From positions 72,911-136,910 of the IMG/VR virus record IMGVR_UViG_3300036719_006047: DNA of 64,000 bases; one strand, written 5' to 3'. Of the stretch, positions 9,959 to 19,992 are shown one piece after another. Below the pieces are notes generated by a model. That model did not search any database. It saw nothing but the letters and a program-made list of their open reading frames with translations, and was not told where the DNA came from. Position numbers and translations under genes: made by a program. Each line of letters opens with the position of its first letter. The stretch's first letter is position 1. Source of the stretch: a virus.

Positions 9959-10462
9959 ATGAAGATGTTCGCTTTCCTTCTCGCTTCCTCGATTGCTTCT
10001 GCTCAAGACAGGCCCTACGACTGCTTGGCGGGAGTGTGCCTCAACGATGTGGCTGTTTCTGTGCAAGACAGCACGGTCTCGATGGCAGGCCGAACCTGGC
10101 AGCGCAGCATTGAGGTCTGTCAGAACCGAGTGGCTTCCATCGCGCTGAACACGGGGTGGTACCAGCCTGGGATCAAGCTCGATGGTGTGCTCCCTGGGGT
10201 CTACACGCTCACGCAGGGTGACGCAGGGCCGGAAGCGATGGCTTTGCGCAGCAAGGTAGACGCAACGATTCGCGCTCAGGAGTGGCGCGAGGTGACTGTG
10301 CAGGGCCCGGCCACTGTCTACAGGTTTGCCGTCTCCGCTTTGGGCGGTACGCGTATTCTCGCCCTCGAGAGGCTGGAAGCGACGGCTCCTCACGTCTGGA
10401 CCGTGACGCTGGGTTCGGCTCACCCCAACCGCACCGAGCTGTGCAAGACAGGAGGTCTGTGA
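9959..10462 (+). CDS. Secreted protein with YDCLAGVCLN domain
   Basis: Signal peptide MKMFAFLLASSIASA; homologous to the C-terminal domain of 37998-39155. Confidence 0.75.
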   Translation: MKMFAFLLASSIASAQDRPYDCLAGVCLNDVAVSVQDSTVSMAGRTWQRSIEVCQNRVASIALNTGWYQPGIKLDGVLPGVYTLTQGDAGPEAMALRSKVDATIRAQEWREVTVQGPATVYRFAVSALGGTRILALERLEATAPHVWTVTLGSAHPNRTELCKTGGL

Positions 10463-10806
10463 TGGGAAGGCGCGCGTGTCGAACGTGCCCTTGGCGGAAG
10501 TCGGTGCCTCCGGGCGGCTTTCCTGGGGGCTGCGTGAACGAAAAAGAGCTGAAGCAGATGGCCTCGGGTGTGCCCGTCCTCAAAGTCATGCAGTGCCACA
10601 GCACACCTGATGGGAAAGACGCCAAAGTCTGCGTCGGCTTTGCGATCAAGATCGGGACAAAGAGCGTCGGCTTTCGCTTTGCGGCAAGCCAAGGTCTGAT
10701 TGACGAGGTCGAAGACGACGGGGATCTCGTCGATAGCGTTCACGAGTTCATCCAGAAACACAACACGGGAAGGGGGTTGGTCTGCGACCCTTCTCGGAAA
10801 GAGTGA
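10462..10806 (+). CDS. DUF6283-like Cys/His zinc-binding protein
   Basis: CRTCPWRKS...MQCH...VCVGF pattern. Confidence 0.6.
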   Translation: MGRRACRTCPWRKSVPPGGFPGGCVNEKELKQMASGVPVLKVMQCHSTPDGKDAKVCVGFAIKIGTKSVGFRFAASQGLIDEVEDDGDLVDSVHEFIQKHNTGRGLVCDPSRKE

Positions 10807-10869
10807 CAAACGCGAATCGATGGCTTTCGTCACGAGTTCACTCTGTCGAAAAGAAGCCCAGGGAGGCTC

Positions 10870-11403
10870 ATGACACGGAAGGTACTTTTCTTGGACTTTG
10901 ACGGTGTGCTCAACGACAACGCGTGGTTCGAGACAGAGGAGAGAAAGAACCTCGAACGCGAGTACAGGAGGCGGGACAAAGCTCTGCCTCCGACAGAGAG
11001 TGAGATCACGATGAAGCTGGGGCTGGCGGACATTCGACCCCAGTACGCGGCAAGAGTAAGGGAGATTGTCGATAGGACTGGTTGTGAGGTCATCGTCTGC
11101 TCTGCTTGGAGGTACACCTTTACAGCAGAACAGATCTGGTACTTGCTTCAGTCTCAAGGCATCCCCTGCAACGGAGTGGTTCAACAGACAAGAAGACGTA
11201 AGTTGTCGGATTTGCTCGACTACCGTGTTCCCGACATCAAAGCTGTGGTTTCCACCTTTGCAGGAAAGACGAACTGGTGTGTCTTGGACGACAGCGTGAA
11301 TGCCAGCGAAGTGGACGGAAGAGCAGTCACTCCTGTGGATGGCGTGACTCGAGACAACGTAGAAGAAGTGGTTCGGATCCTCAACAACACTGACACCGAG
11401 TAG
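10870..11403 (+). CDS. HAD-family phosphatase (Swiss-Army-knife RNA-repair type)
   Basis: VLFLDFDGVLN, IVCSAWR and CVLDD motifs. Confidence 0.85.
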   Translation: MTRKVLFLDFDGVLNDNAWFETEERKNLEREYRRRDKALPPTESEITMKLGLADIRPQYAARVREIVDRTGCEVIVCSAWRYTFTAEQIWYLLQSQGIPCNGVVQQTRRRKLSDLLDYRVPDIKAVVSTFAGKTNWCVLDDSVNASEVDGRAVTPVDGVTRDNVEEVVRILNNTDTE

Positions 11404-11414
11404 CGGAGAAACAA

Positions 11415-12707
11415 ATGACCCTGCGTCGTTACCTTGATGGTCGCATCACCCTCAACACCCTCAACTACCAGCCCTGGGAGCTGGAGCCCGGTCAGGTCTA
11501 CACCTTCGAGAAGGACATGCAAGTCGGCTTGCACCTCGTCAAGAGCAAGGAGGGCTTGACCTTGCCCCCCAAGCTTTACGGCAACGTCGAAGCGCGCAGC
11601 CAGCGCGTGCTCAAGACGTTCGGCCTCCTGGGGCGCCTCGGTGTCGCGCTCTACGGGCTCAAGGGAAGCGGGAAGTCGCTGCTCGCGGCGCACATCCTCA
11701 AGTCGAGCAACCTGCCGATCATCAGCATGAACAAGCCGTTCTCGCCGTCCGAGTTCGGACCGTTCCTCGATTACGTCGGCCCGCACGCCGTGTTCTTCGA
11801 TGAGTTCGGCAAGATATACAATGATGCGGACCTGCAAGCTCAGCTCTTGCCGTTCTTCGACTCCGCCCATGCGGCCAAGCGCCTGGTCGTGGTCACGGAC
11901 AACACGGATCACGCGGTCTCGGATGCCAACCGCAACCGACCCGGTCGGTTCCACTACCTGTGGCGCTTCTCGGGACTCGAAGAGGCGTTCGTTCGGGACT
12001 ACATCAACGACCACTTGACGGCGCCTGCCGAGTACCGCGAAGCCGTGCTGCAGCGGGCCGAAGACATGAGGTCTGAGCTGTCCTTCGACATCCTGCGGGC
12101 CCTGGTGTGGGAGTGCAACAACTACCACACGGAGCTTTCGCCGGCTGACGTGCTGGCCCCGCTCAACGCCGAGGTCAAGCCGGTCTCGTACGGCTGGTCA
12201 GTAAGCTTTGAGTGGAGTGAGCCCTTCGCTGCTGTCGGCTTTCTCTGCAACGCGTCGAAGTACGCCGAAAACGTGGAGGAGATCATCGAGTCGGCCGGCT
12301 TGTACTCGGTCACTGTCCTCGTCAAGCGCGAGCATCCCAAGAAGCCGTTTAACGCAGAAAGCGGAGAGGACGAGGATGAGGACATCGACGAGGACTACTC
12401 CAACAGCATGACGGACGAAGAGTTCGCTCAGACCAACTACTGGGATTCGACCAAGTTCCAGCGGTACAGCACCTCGTTCAACTTCCCGTCCTCGTTCTTG
12501 GTTCAGGAGACTGCCAAGAAGCTCCAGTACCGTTTCCCCATCGTGGTCAACGGTCGCCTGGATTTCGCGCTTCTGCGTGACCTCAACCTCTTCTCCTACC
12601 TCTCTGCGTCGCATCTGGTCAAGGAGTTCAGGAAGCACCAGAACTTGGAGCTGAGCCTCTTCCTCGAGCGGAAGAATCGCGAAGTCTTCCGGTCGTGGGC
12701 CATGTGA
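11415..12707 (+). CDS. AAA+ ATPase
   Basis: Walker A GLKGSGKS, Walker B VFFDEF, NRPGRFHY; acidic insert. Confidence 0.88.
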   Translation: MTLRRYLDGRITLNTLNYQPWELEPGQVYTFEKDMQVGLHLVKSKEGLTLPPKLYGNVEARSQRVLKTFGLLGRLGVALYGLKGSGKSLLAAHILKSSNLPIISMNKPFSPSEFGPFLDYVGPHAVFFDEFGKIYNDADLQAQLLPFFDSAHAAKRLVVVTDNTDHAVSDANRNRPGRFHYLWRFSGLEEAFVRDYINDHLTAPAEYREAVLQRAEDMRSELSFDILRALVWECNNYHTELSPADVLAPLNAEVKPVSYGWSVSFEWSEPFAAVGFLCNASKYAENVEEIIESAGLYSVTVLVKREHPKKPFNAESGEDEDEDIDEDYSNSMTDEEFAQTNYWDSTKFQRYSTSFNFPSSFLVQETAKKLQYRFPIVVNGRLDFALLRDLNLFSYLSASHLVKEFRKHQNLELSLFLERKNREVFRSWAM

Positions 12708-12742
12708 GGTAGCGCAAGCAGGGTGGGGTTAGGCCCTGTGCG

Positions 12743-12764
12743 GCTTCCGGCTTCGGCCGGGAGC
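12743..12764 (+). terminator. C(UUCG)G tetraloop hairpin after the AAA gene
   Basis: GCTTCCGGC-TTCG-GCCGGGAGC 9 bp stem; no immediate U-tract. Confidence 0.45.
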
Positions 12765-12787
12765 GTCCCCGACGACAAACACTTTTC

Positions 12788-14875
12788 GTGCTTGCGAGGT
12801 ATCAGTTGACCACAGCAAAAAGCTATACTCTCCCCACTCTCCCCGCTCGGTACCGCATCAAAGACGCACTCCTCGAGGCGAAGATTCGGATCACTGACTG
12901 GAACGGCCACATGAAGCGCGGCTCGTACTGGTTAGAAGATTTCTGGAACGAGCCGCCAGAAGTGAGAGAGGAGAACTTGCTGACCTCGTCTTGGTTTTTT
13001 GGCGTGTCCGATGAAAAAGTCGACGAGCTGATCGAAGCGCTGAAAGGCGGTCCAGCTCTGACCGAGTTCGTGGAGATCGAGACCTCGTCAAATCGACTTC
13101 TTTGCCCTTTCTGCGACAAAAGACTCGATCTGGCCACAGACGGCCACATTCTTCGCGTTTCTGGTGCTCCTTGTCCCCTCCCAGAAGGGATCGACCACTT
13201 CGACGTAGAGCTGAACATCCCTTCGGGGCGCATCGTCGTCAGTGATGACCTGAGAGAGTGGTACAAGTCGGACCACAAGGACGAAAACATCAATCGCCTG
13301 AAAGGCCGCATCAATACGACTGCGGCCTACGCCGAAATCAACCTGGCTGTAGGGTGTATCGGGAACAGTGACCCGGGTCTTTACCGCAAAGGCGGGAAGA
13401 TCACGATCGGCCTCAAAGGCTCTTCTCGGAAGGGAAAGAAAAACTTGATGCCGTCCGCCCCTTGGGGCAGGAAGATTGCTGAGATCAGAACTCAGTTGTG
13501 GTGGTATTCACTGGCAGACCTCGATGACTTTACGGAGCGTCTGGCCTACTACACTCCGGACTTGTCGCTGAGCGACTGGGAAAAGGCATACGGCAACAGC
13601 GTCATCAAGGTAAAGCCTGGTGTGTACCGCGTTCGCTGGTATGCCAACTTCCAGGATACCGACCAAGGCGAGCGAATGGCTGAAGTGGAATGGATTCGGC
13701 CGGCTGACCCGAGAGTCGACCACTTGACTCGATACAAGAACACGAGGCTGACGGCTCTGGAGTGTTGCATCCAAAGTGTCTTGGACTGGCCGACGCTGTA
13801 TCTGCCTCACAGGACCGAACACGGCAGATACGAAGACCGTCTTTCGTGGGAGGAACTGGACGAGAGCCAGCGTCTTTACTCTATCGCAAGGGCAGCAGAT
13901 CACTTGATGTGTGTTCTTGGCGGTGGGGTCGAATGGCACGAAAACGGTCATGTTTTGACCCGTGTCAGTGCGGAAACAAAGAAGTTTGCCGCAGGAATCT
14001 CTGCGGACGGAATCGTGCCTCTCTTTGAAGAGGGTTACAACTGGTACCCTTTCAGCGAAGGCTACGGAGGGATGTGTCTCGGCGCTGGGTTGCAGAATCA
14101 CTACAGACAAGTGCCTGAGATCAACCTGAACCCTACGTTTGCCCTGTTGTCGCTCAACATCGCGGCCAACTACTTGCGGTACCCGCCGAAGCCGCGGCTG
14201 AACGGAGAGGCCTGGCCGCCAGTTTTCCTTGTCAGCGAAGTTCGCGATCGGATGAAGCTGGCTCTGCGAGTGTACCGCGAGACGCGAAAGAGGTACGACG
14301 TCGGTCCCATGGACCCTGTGTTTGATGCTCTTGCAATGGATGCCGCGTATGACGACGTGATCGAACAGTGCGACCTGGGCCCAGACCACCCGCCCGAAGA
14401 CCAGTGGGGTGATCCTCCTGGCATCCTTGAGTTCGAGAAGTTCAAGTTCGTCGAGTTCGACGCGAGCCTCAGCCAGAGCAAAGACGGATACTGCTGGCAC
14501 CCAAAGAACCCGGGCTGCTCCGGCTGCTGGGCTCGTCCCGAAGACGCTCAAAGGTATGCGATCAATTCAAATCAAAGAGAGGAGGGTTTCTACTCCAACG
14601 CGGGTAGGTCAGTACCGCTAAAGTTCGTCGCCAGAGTGGTCAAGATCGTTCCCACCCATATGGGCCCTGTTCTTGAGGTCAGTTTCGATTACGGCGACGA
14701 CAAGATGCACGGACCGAGTGCTTGCCGTTGGGCAATCGCGAAAAAACAAGCTGATGCCGTTAGAGGTTTCAACGACGAGGAAGAATACGAAAAACTTCTC
14801 GCTCCGATGAAGAAGGTCTTCGATGACATGGAACAGCTGATCGAGACCAAGAAAAAGCAGATTTTCGGGGGATGA
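12788..14875 (+). CDS. Large hypothetical protein (start uncertain)
   Basis: 695-codon ORF with CPFC..CP motif; true start probably downstream of 12788. Confidence 0.75.
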   Translation: MLARYQLTTAKSYTLPTLPARYRIKDALLEAKIRITDWNGHMKRGSYWLEDFWNEPPEVREENLLTSSWFFGVSDEKVDELIEALKGGPALTEFVEIETSSNRLLCPFCDKRLDLATDGHILRVSGAPCPLPEGIDHFDVELNIPSGRIVVSDDLREWYKSDHKDENINRLKGRINTTAAYAEINLAVGCIGNSDPGLYRKGGKITIGLKGSSRKGKKNLMPSAPWGRKIAEIRTQLWWYSLADLDDFTERLAYYTPDLSLSDWEKAYGNSVIKVKPGVYRVRWYANFQDTDQGERMAEVEWIRPADPRVDHLTRYKNTRLTALECCIQSVLDWPTLYLPHRTEHGRYEDRLSWEELDESQRLYSIARAADHLMCVLGGGVEWHENGHVLTRVSAETKKFAAGISADGIVPLFEEGYNWYPFSEGYGGMCLGAGLQNHYRQVPEINLNPTFALLSLNIAANYLRYPPKPRLNGEAWPPVFLVSEVRDRMKLALRVYRETRKRYDVGPMDPVFDALAMDAAYDDVIEQCDLGPDHPPEDQWGDPPGILEFEKFKFVEFDASLSQSKDGYCWHPKNPGCSGCWARPEDAQRYAINSNQREEGFYSNAGRSVPLKFVARVVKIVPTHMGPVLEVSFDYGDDKMHGPSACRWAIAKKQADAVRGFNDEEEYEKLLAPMKKVFDDMEQLIETKKKQIFGG

Positions 14876-14913
14876 ATGCTTCTCCCTCAACTCAACGCCA
14901 CAAGGAGTGAACT

Positions 14914-15096
14914 GTGATCGAATTCTTTGTTCACCTCATCTGCGCCGTAGCCTTGAGCGGCATCGTCTACCAGTTGATCCGTTTCGCATACTTCACTTGG
15001 CTGCTGTACAAGATAGAAAATCGACTTCACTTTCTGGAAACAGAAAGCCAGAAGCTCAGAAAGCGCCAGTGGGATGAACAACAACGCCAGGAATAG
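14914..15096 (+). CDS. Small membrane protein
   Basis: SD AAGGAG; N-terminal TM segment. Confidence 0.65.
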   Translation: MIEFFVHLICAVALSGIVYQLIRFAYFTWLLYKIENRLHFLETESQKLRKRQWDEQQRQE

Positions 15097-15104
15097 GAGG
15101 CGAC

Positions 15105-15680
15105 ATGCTGCGCGGAGAGATCGTACTGCACACAGAGCGCATCTGTGAGGTCGTCGATGTGATCGACGCCAAGTCAGTGAGGCTCAAAACACTTTTCTCG
15201 TCTTCATGCAAACCAGTGCAGAAGGACTCTGTACGAGCGGTACGGGTCGACGCCGTGGAGACAAGAGATCGCGCCGTCGTTCGTCTTAGAGCAAGGCGCG
15301 ATAGATGCGATGAGATCCTCAGCCTTCTCGAGGCGAGGTCTCCGTTTGTGCCGAGCTTCACCCGGCCTCGTCATGGCGAGTTGTCGTCGCGCATTGACTT
15401 CAGCTTGTCTTCGAGCTGGAGAGCAGTTACCTACCCTCACGGCACGACGCACCATTACTTGTTCTACGCGAAGTTTGTTGATGTCGTTGCTGTCGAAGTC
15501 ACAGAATACGATGCCTGCGTCAACTGGTGCTTCTTCTTGCCATTCGTGCCAGACGCGCCGGTACCAGACAGCGGCAACGTGTTCGTCACGAAGACGAAAT
15601 CACCGGCAGATGCTTTGCGAGAAGCGAAAAAAGTATCTGTCGAGAGACTACTCAAACATCTCTCGAAGGACACGAAATGA
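15105..15680 (+). CDS. Hypothetical protein
   Basis: SD GGAGG; 191 aa. Confidence 0.7.
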   Translation: MLRGEIVLHTERICEVVDVIDAKSVRLKTLFSSSCKPVQKDSVRAVRVDAVETRDRAVVRLRARRDRCDEILSLLEARSPFVPSFTRPRHGELSSRIDFSLSSSWRAVTYPHGTTHHYLFYAKFVDVVAVEVTEYDACVNWCFFLPFVPDAPVPDSGNVFVTKTKSPADALREAKKVSVERLLKHLSKDTK

Positions 15681-16234
15681 TGGTCTTGCTCTTGGCCCTT
15701 CAAGTTGCTTTCGCGGACGCGATCTGCCGCGACGGTTGGCGCAGCAGCTCGAGTGGTTCGGGAACGTGTTCGCACCACGGAGGAGTGGCTTACTGGATCC
15801 CGTCGACGTCTTCGCCAGGTACTGCGCCAAGTGGGTTGTATGTATACAAACCCCGCTACCCGCGATACGACTTCGGGCCATTCCAGAACTTCGTTCTCGA
15901 CGTCTACTCAGGGATAAACCCGGACTTGTACCTGGGTTGCTTGACGTGTGATCCCAATCACGACGACCCTGAAATTTGGCTGAAGAGCGTTCGTCGTCGC
16001 GAAGGGAAGTACCACGTCAACGGAAAGTTGTGGGGTTCCAGCACAGATGGATACGCTTCTTGGTATGACGATCACTCGATGTGCAACCCCAAAGCGAAAA
16101 ATCCACCGAAGGTGTTCAACCGTGAAACGAACGAATACGTCGGTAGGTTGACGCTGAACATGAACCTGCCGGACAGCATCAAGGTTCCCGAAGTCATCGG
16201 ATTCATCAACAAGTCTTGCGAGGAGTGGTTGTGA
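15677..16234 (+). CDS. Secreted protein with DUF3761-like N-terminal domain
   Basis: Signal peptide followed by CRDGWRS....GTCSHHGGVAYW. Confidence 0.7.
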   Translation: MMVLLLALQVAFADAICRDGWRSSSSGSGTCSHHGGVAYWIPSTSSPGTAPSGLYVYKPRYPRYDFGPFQNFVLDVYSGINPDLYLGCLTCDPNHDDPEIWLKSVRRREGKYHVNGKLWGSSTDGYASWYDDHSMCNPKAKNPPKVFNRETNEYVGRLTLNMNLPDSIKVPEVIGFINKSCEEWL

Positions 16235-16989
16235 TCAACAATAAAAACATGAAGTTGATGCGTCTCATCTCTGAGAGACAAAAAGCATCATCGGATCCAG
16301 AAAAGCTCGCCTTGACACAGATGATCAAGGCGAACGAAGAGCTGGGAGAGGCGGCGGCTGAGCTGTTGGCGCTGTCGAAATCGAAAAACGCTTCGGCGAG
16401 CGCTGCCGGCAACATCGAAGGCATGCTGGAAGAGCTGACTGACGTCCTCAGCTGTGTGATCGACATGCTCCTGACGCAAGGGGTCACGGAAGAGAAGCTC
16501 AACTCGATGCTTCTCCTCAAACTCAAGAAGTGGGGCTCGAAGCTGTTGCCTCGGCATCACAGCGACCTGGCCATGCATGGAAATCTCGCTGCTTGGACCT
16601 TGTGGGACCGCTCTTACATTGAAGTCCTCTCGTTCAACAAGCTCGACAAGTCGACCTCAGTCATGCCGCGTCCGTTGACTCTCGGCGAGCACAACAAGAT
16701 TTTGCTGGGAGCAACGCCCTACGTATACATGACCTCTCCCGAGAAGCCTATTGCATTGCACCGAAAGGAGGCAACCGACTTTATCGAAACGCTCAACTAC
16801 ATCCTTGCTTGCAATTCAACAGATATGTGGCAGGAAGGTTTTTGCTTCTGCCTTCCCACAAAGTCTGATTTGTTGCAGGCAGGCATTCTCGATGACGACA
16901 CGGACAAGTACTGGTTGTTTCCTCCCGACGACAACGGAACCGAAACGCCAGACACCAAGAAAATGGTCCTTGTCGTTTTCGGACTCTGA
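16231..16989 (+). CDS. MazG-like nucleotide pyrophosphohydrolase with C-terminal extension
   Basis: KANEELGEAAAELL...MLEELTDV (EExxE / EExxD) motifs. Confidence 0.75.
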   Translation: MINNKNMKLMRLISERQKASSDPEKLALTQMIKANEELGEAAAELLALSKSKNASASAAGNIEGMLEELTDVLSCVIDMLLTQGVTEEKLNSMLLLKLKKWGSKLLPRHHSDLAMHGNLAAWTLWDRSYIEVLSFNKLDKSTSVMPRPLTLGEHNKILLGATPYVYMTSPEKPIALHRKEATDFIETLNYILACNSTDMWQEGFCFCLPTKSDLLQAGILDDDTDKYWLFPPDDNGTETPDTKKMVLVVFGL

Positions 16990-17000
16990 AAGGACTACTC

Positions 17001-17300
17001 GTGCCGGTAGACACAAAAGAACTCAGAAAGCGCTTGAGGCGCTACGACAAGAGTGCACCACGGTGCAGCGGCGCGTCATTGCGCAAAACTTCTTGGGCTC
17101 CGGACTGGGTGCATAAACAAGATCCGGAAGCTGAGGAATTTTCTGTTACTCTGACCTCTCCGTGCGCATTGCCTGAAGGCCACGATGGGCCTTGCAGTTC
17201 AATTCGGCCTGTATTGAGCTGGCCTGGATACGACATCATCAACTCGATGCTCGATGAGATCGATTCACTCCGAAACAGCAGCAACGACCCTGAGCCCTGA
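17001..17300 (+). CDS. Hypothetical protein
   Basis: SD AAGGA; C..CALPEGHDGPC motif. Confidence 0.65.
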   Translation: MPVDTKELRKRLRRYDKSAPRCSGASLRKTSWAPDWVHKQDPEAEEFSVTLTSPCALPEGHDGPCSSIRPVLSWPGYDIINSMLDEIDSLRNSSNDPEP

Positions 17301-17408
17301 GGAGGGGACATGAGCAGCGACTGCTTAAACGGGGACGACAAGTTTGACGCTTTTGTGGGCGATTTCGTGCAGCAAGAGTTACTCAACCCCACACAAACAG
17401 GCAAGTAG

Positions 17409-17849
17409 ATGAGCAATTCTCTTGTACGTGACCCAAAGGTTGACTGGCGATTCAAGTCCCTCCTGAACACAGCTGACTCTTATCGGGCAGCGAAAGAGGA
17501 TCGCCTCAAGGCAGGAGAAATTCTTCGTTCCGATTCGGGGATGCGTTCGTTCTGGCGCAGCTCGCTCCCTTCTGAGGAGGAGCGTCAAGCTGCGAAAGAA
17601 ACCCTCGACGAAAAAGTAGGATTCAAGTCCTACTGTCCCTGTTGCAATCGGTACTACGGGTTCCCGTCTGCCTATTGCTCTGTCCAAGAACACGGACTTT
17701 GCGGTACGTGCCGCCTCTTTGAAGAAGGCAAGTTTGATGGAGTGGAATCTTTCCGCCATCCGACACTCGAAGAGGCGATGTCAGTCAAAGAGGTTCGCCC
17801 GGCCGAGGGCTACGTCCTTCAGCAAGCTATCCGAGAGTTGCGTAAATGA
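17409..17849 (+). CDS. Zinc-finger hypothetical protein
   Basis: CPCC...C..HGLCGTC. Confidence 0.7.
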   Translation: MSNSLVRDPKVDWRFKSLLNTADSYRAAKEDRLKAGEILRSDSGMRSFWRSSLPSEEERQAAKETLDEKVGFKSYCPCCNRYYGFPSAYCSVQEHGLCGTCRLFEEGKFDGVESFRHPTLEEAMSVKEVRPAEGYVLQQAIRELRK

Positions 17850-18133
17850 AGAATGACCTCGTTAGCGCAGGAAAGAATGAACTTGTTAGCAAGGGGAAGA
17901 AAGAAGTTGAGGCGCAGACAGAGAACTGCGCGAACAACAAAGGAAGCGACACTGACTGGCGGAAAGCCTACTTGACGTTGTGCCACTTGATCGCTACTGA
18001 TTTTATCTCCAGTCATAAAGTCTCGAACTATGTCGACAACATCAGAAAAACGTCAGGAGACGAAGCAGCAGATTCTCTCGTAAAAGTGTTCAATTCTCTT
18101 CGGACACAGTTCATGCAAGACTTCATGGGGTGA
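17846..18133 (+). CDS. Hypothetical protein
   Basis: Overlapping ATG start; 95 aa. Confidence 0.6.
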   Translation: MKNDLVSAGKNELVSKGKKEVEAQTENCANNKGSDTDWRKAYLTLCHLIATDFISSHKVSNYVDNIRKTSGDEAADSLVKVFNSLRTQFMQDFMG

Positions 18134-18136
18134 AAC

Positions 18137-18493
18137 ATGTTCACGTTCAGGTCGCCCGAATGGGCAAACAAAGAAGGCGCTCCTCGGGACGGAGCCGGAA
18201 TGCTGTCTCGCGCGCGCGACTTGGCGAGCAGCTACTACCCGCTCGGAGTCCAGACCGGTGTCCACGCCATGATTGAATGGTGTGGAGTCATGGGAGAGCA
18301 CGTGAAGATGCTGGAAGATGCGTTTGCTCAAGGAATTGAGCCCAACAACATCGATCAGCATTCAGGTGTGACCGTCAAAGCAAAACCCTACAGGGTTGCC
18401 TACATCTGCGAGAAAATCGGTTGTCAGCTGAAGCCTTTCGTCAAGGCGGACGCTGATTTGTGGAAGCGTGAAATCAACAAGTGGTTCGAGTAG
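18137..18493 (+). CDS. Hypothetical protein
   Basis: 118 aa; MIEWCG..DQHSG..YICEKIGC. Confidence 0.7.
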   Translation: MFTFRSPEWANKEGAPRDGAGMLSRARDLASSYYPLGVQTGVHAMIEWCGVMGEHVKMLEDAFAQGIEPNNIDQHSGVTVKAKPYRVAYICEKIGCQLKPFVKADADLWKREINKWFE

Positions 18494-18501
18494 GAGACAT
18501 C

Positions 18502-19008
18502 ATGAACAGCATCAAGACCTTTTTCGTGGCGGCTGCGCTTACCCTCCCCTCTGTCGCCTCTGCGGGCAAGCTCGCGGAGGGCATCTTCGGCATCCCTTGG
18601 GGCGAGAAGACAGAGTTTCCCGCACCTTTCGAGGATTGCGTCAAGGACACTTCGAGCATCACGCCGTGGGAGTGTCAGCGCGAAATCGACGGCATCAAGT
18701 TTGAGGTCGCTTTCGTGTGGGAGATGAACCTGTTTTACGGGGCCGCAATCCGCAGCAAGGACGGCTACGAGTCGTGTTCTCGCCTCCAGGACATGCTGGA
18801 GGCCGCTTGGGGCAAGTCGTTCCCGACGTCTCGCTACCTGACCGGGAAGATGGACAACCGGGCGTGGAACGACGGGAGAGTGTCGGCTACCTGGAAGTAC
18901 AACACAGTGACCCACCACTGTGATGTCTTCGTCTTCCACCTCGACATGCTCGATACGATCAAGGCCGAAAAGAAGAAGAAGGCTGCGGAGGCGGCGTCCA
19001 AGTTCTGA
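18502..19008 (+). CDS. Secreted hypothetical protein
   Basis: SD AGGAG; signal peptide, then FGIPWG. Confidence 0.75.
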   Translation: MNSIKTFFVAAALTLPSVASAGKLAEGIFGIPWGEKTEFPAPFEDCVKDTSSITPWECQREIDGIKFEVAFVWEMNLFYGAAIRSKDGYESCSRLQDMLEAAWGKSFPTSRYLTGKMDNRAWNDGRVSATWKYNTVTHHCDVFVFHLDMLDTIKAEKKKKAAEAASKF

Positions 19009-19024
19009 GCAGACAAAGAAGGAG

Positions 19025-19606
19025 ATGATGATGGGCGACACACTGACTGAGTTGTTCGACACCCTCAACAAAGAAGTCGAAAATGCTGTCCGCTCTGAGG
19101 TTAGCCCCGACGTCTTGCGCGCCACGGCAACAGAGTGGGTCAGAAAGGTCAGCAATCAGAAAAACGAAGAGCTTCTCTTCAAGTTCTGCTCGCAGGAAGA
19201 CGAACAGATCAAAGTGATCATCGAGGAAGCAGTCAGAGAATCAACAATGATTCACTTGGGACGTGAGATCGAAGACGCGATCACTCACGTCGTCGGGAAG
19301 CGGCTCCTCGAGATCACGAAGAAACGAAAGAAGAAGCTGGAGCAGATCCTCGAAGAGATGATCACTGTCGAGATGGTGGAAAACTACTTTCCTCGCGTCA
19401 TAGAGCTGACTCACAGCAAAGTCGACGAGATCGCGCACAGACGTTTGCTCAAGCATTGCATCAAAGCTATCGCAACTGCTCGCATCAACGCAATCGTAAA
19501 AAGAGCAGCAGAAGTTGGAGTGAAGCTCGGAAGAACTCAAAGCAAAAATCTACAGCACGCTATCGAAACAGAGCTGCACAACACGACCCGATGGAGGGGG
19601 CTGTGA
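19025..19606 (+). CDS. Helical hypothetical protein
   Basis: SD AAGGAG; 193 aa. Confidence 0.7.
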   Translation: MMMGDTLTELFDTLNKEVENAVRSEVSPDVLRATATEWVRKVSNQKNEELLFKFCSQEDEQIKVIIEEAVRESTMIHLGREIEDAITHVVGKRLLEITKKRKKKLEQILEEMITVEMVENYFPRVIELTHSKVDEIAHRRLLKHCIKAIATARINAIVKRAAEVGVKLGRTQSKNLQHAIETELHNTTRWRGL

Positions 19607-19992
19607 CGATCGAAGAATGGCTCAAAGAGAACAAAGTGAAATATGATGTTCTCTCCTTCCGCCACCTGGATACAGGGGAAGTCTTGGCGCGAACCAAGCT
19701 GGGAGAAGCGCCCAGTCGCAGGTTTCTGCGAGACCTGAACGGCGCTGTTCGTGAAATCACGACCTCAGAGAGGAAACACATCGCAGCGAAGGCGAAAGCT
19801 GATGCCCGCAAAACCCGAAATCGTGGATCTGTGCCTGTTCCGCCTGTGTCGCCAGATCAGCCGAGAGAAGGAGAAAGTGACGGCGAGAGTGCTTGTCTCC
19901 CACGCGTACTTCGAGCTCGTGGGCCCCACAAGCAAGCTTCGCGTAAGGTTCGCCATCACCCCCGATCTGCAAAGGCTCGCAGGAAGGGTTGA
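19603..19992 (+). CDS. Hypothetical protein; 3' half overlaps the next gene
   Basis: SD GGAGG and GTGA overlap start. Confidence 0.5.
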   Translation: MTIEEWLKENKVKYDVLSFRHLDTGEVLARTKLGEAPSRRFLRDLNGAVREITTSERKHIAAKAKADARKTRNRGSVPVPPVSPDQPREGESDGESACLPRVLRARGPHKQASRKVRHHPRSAKARRKG

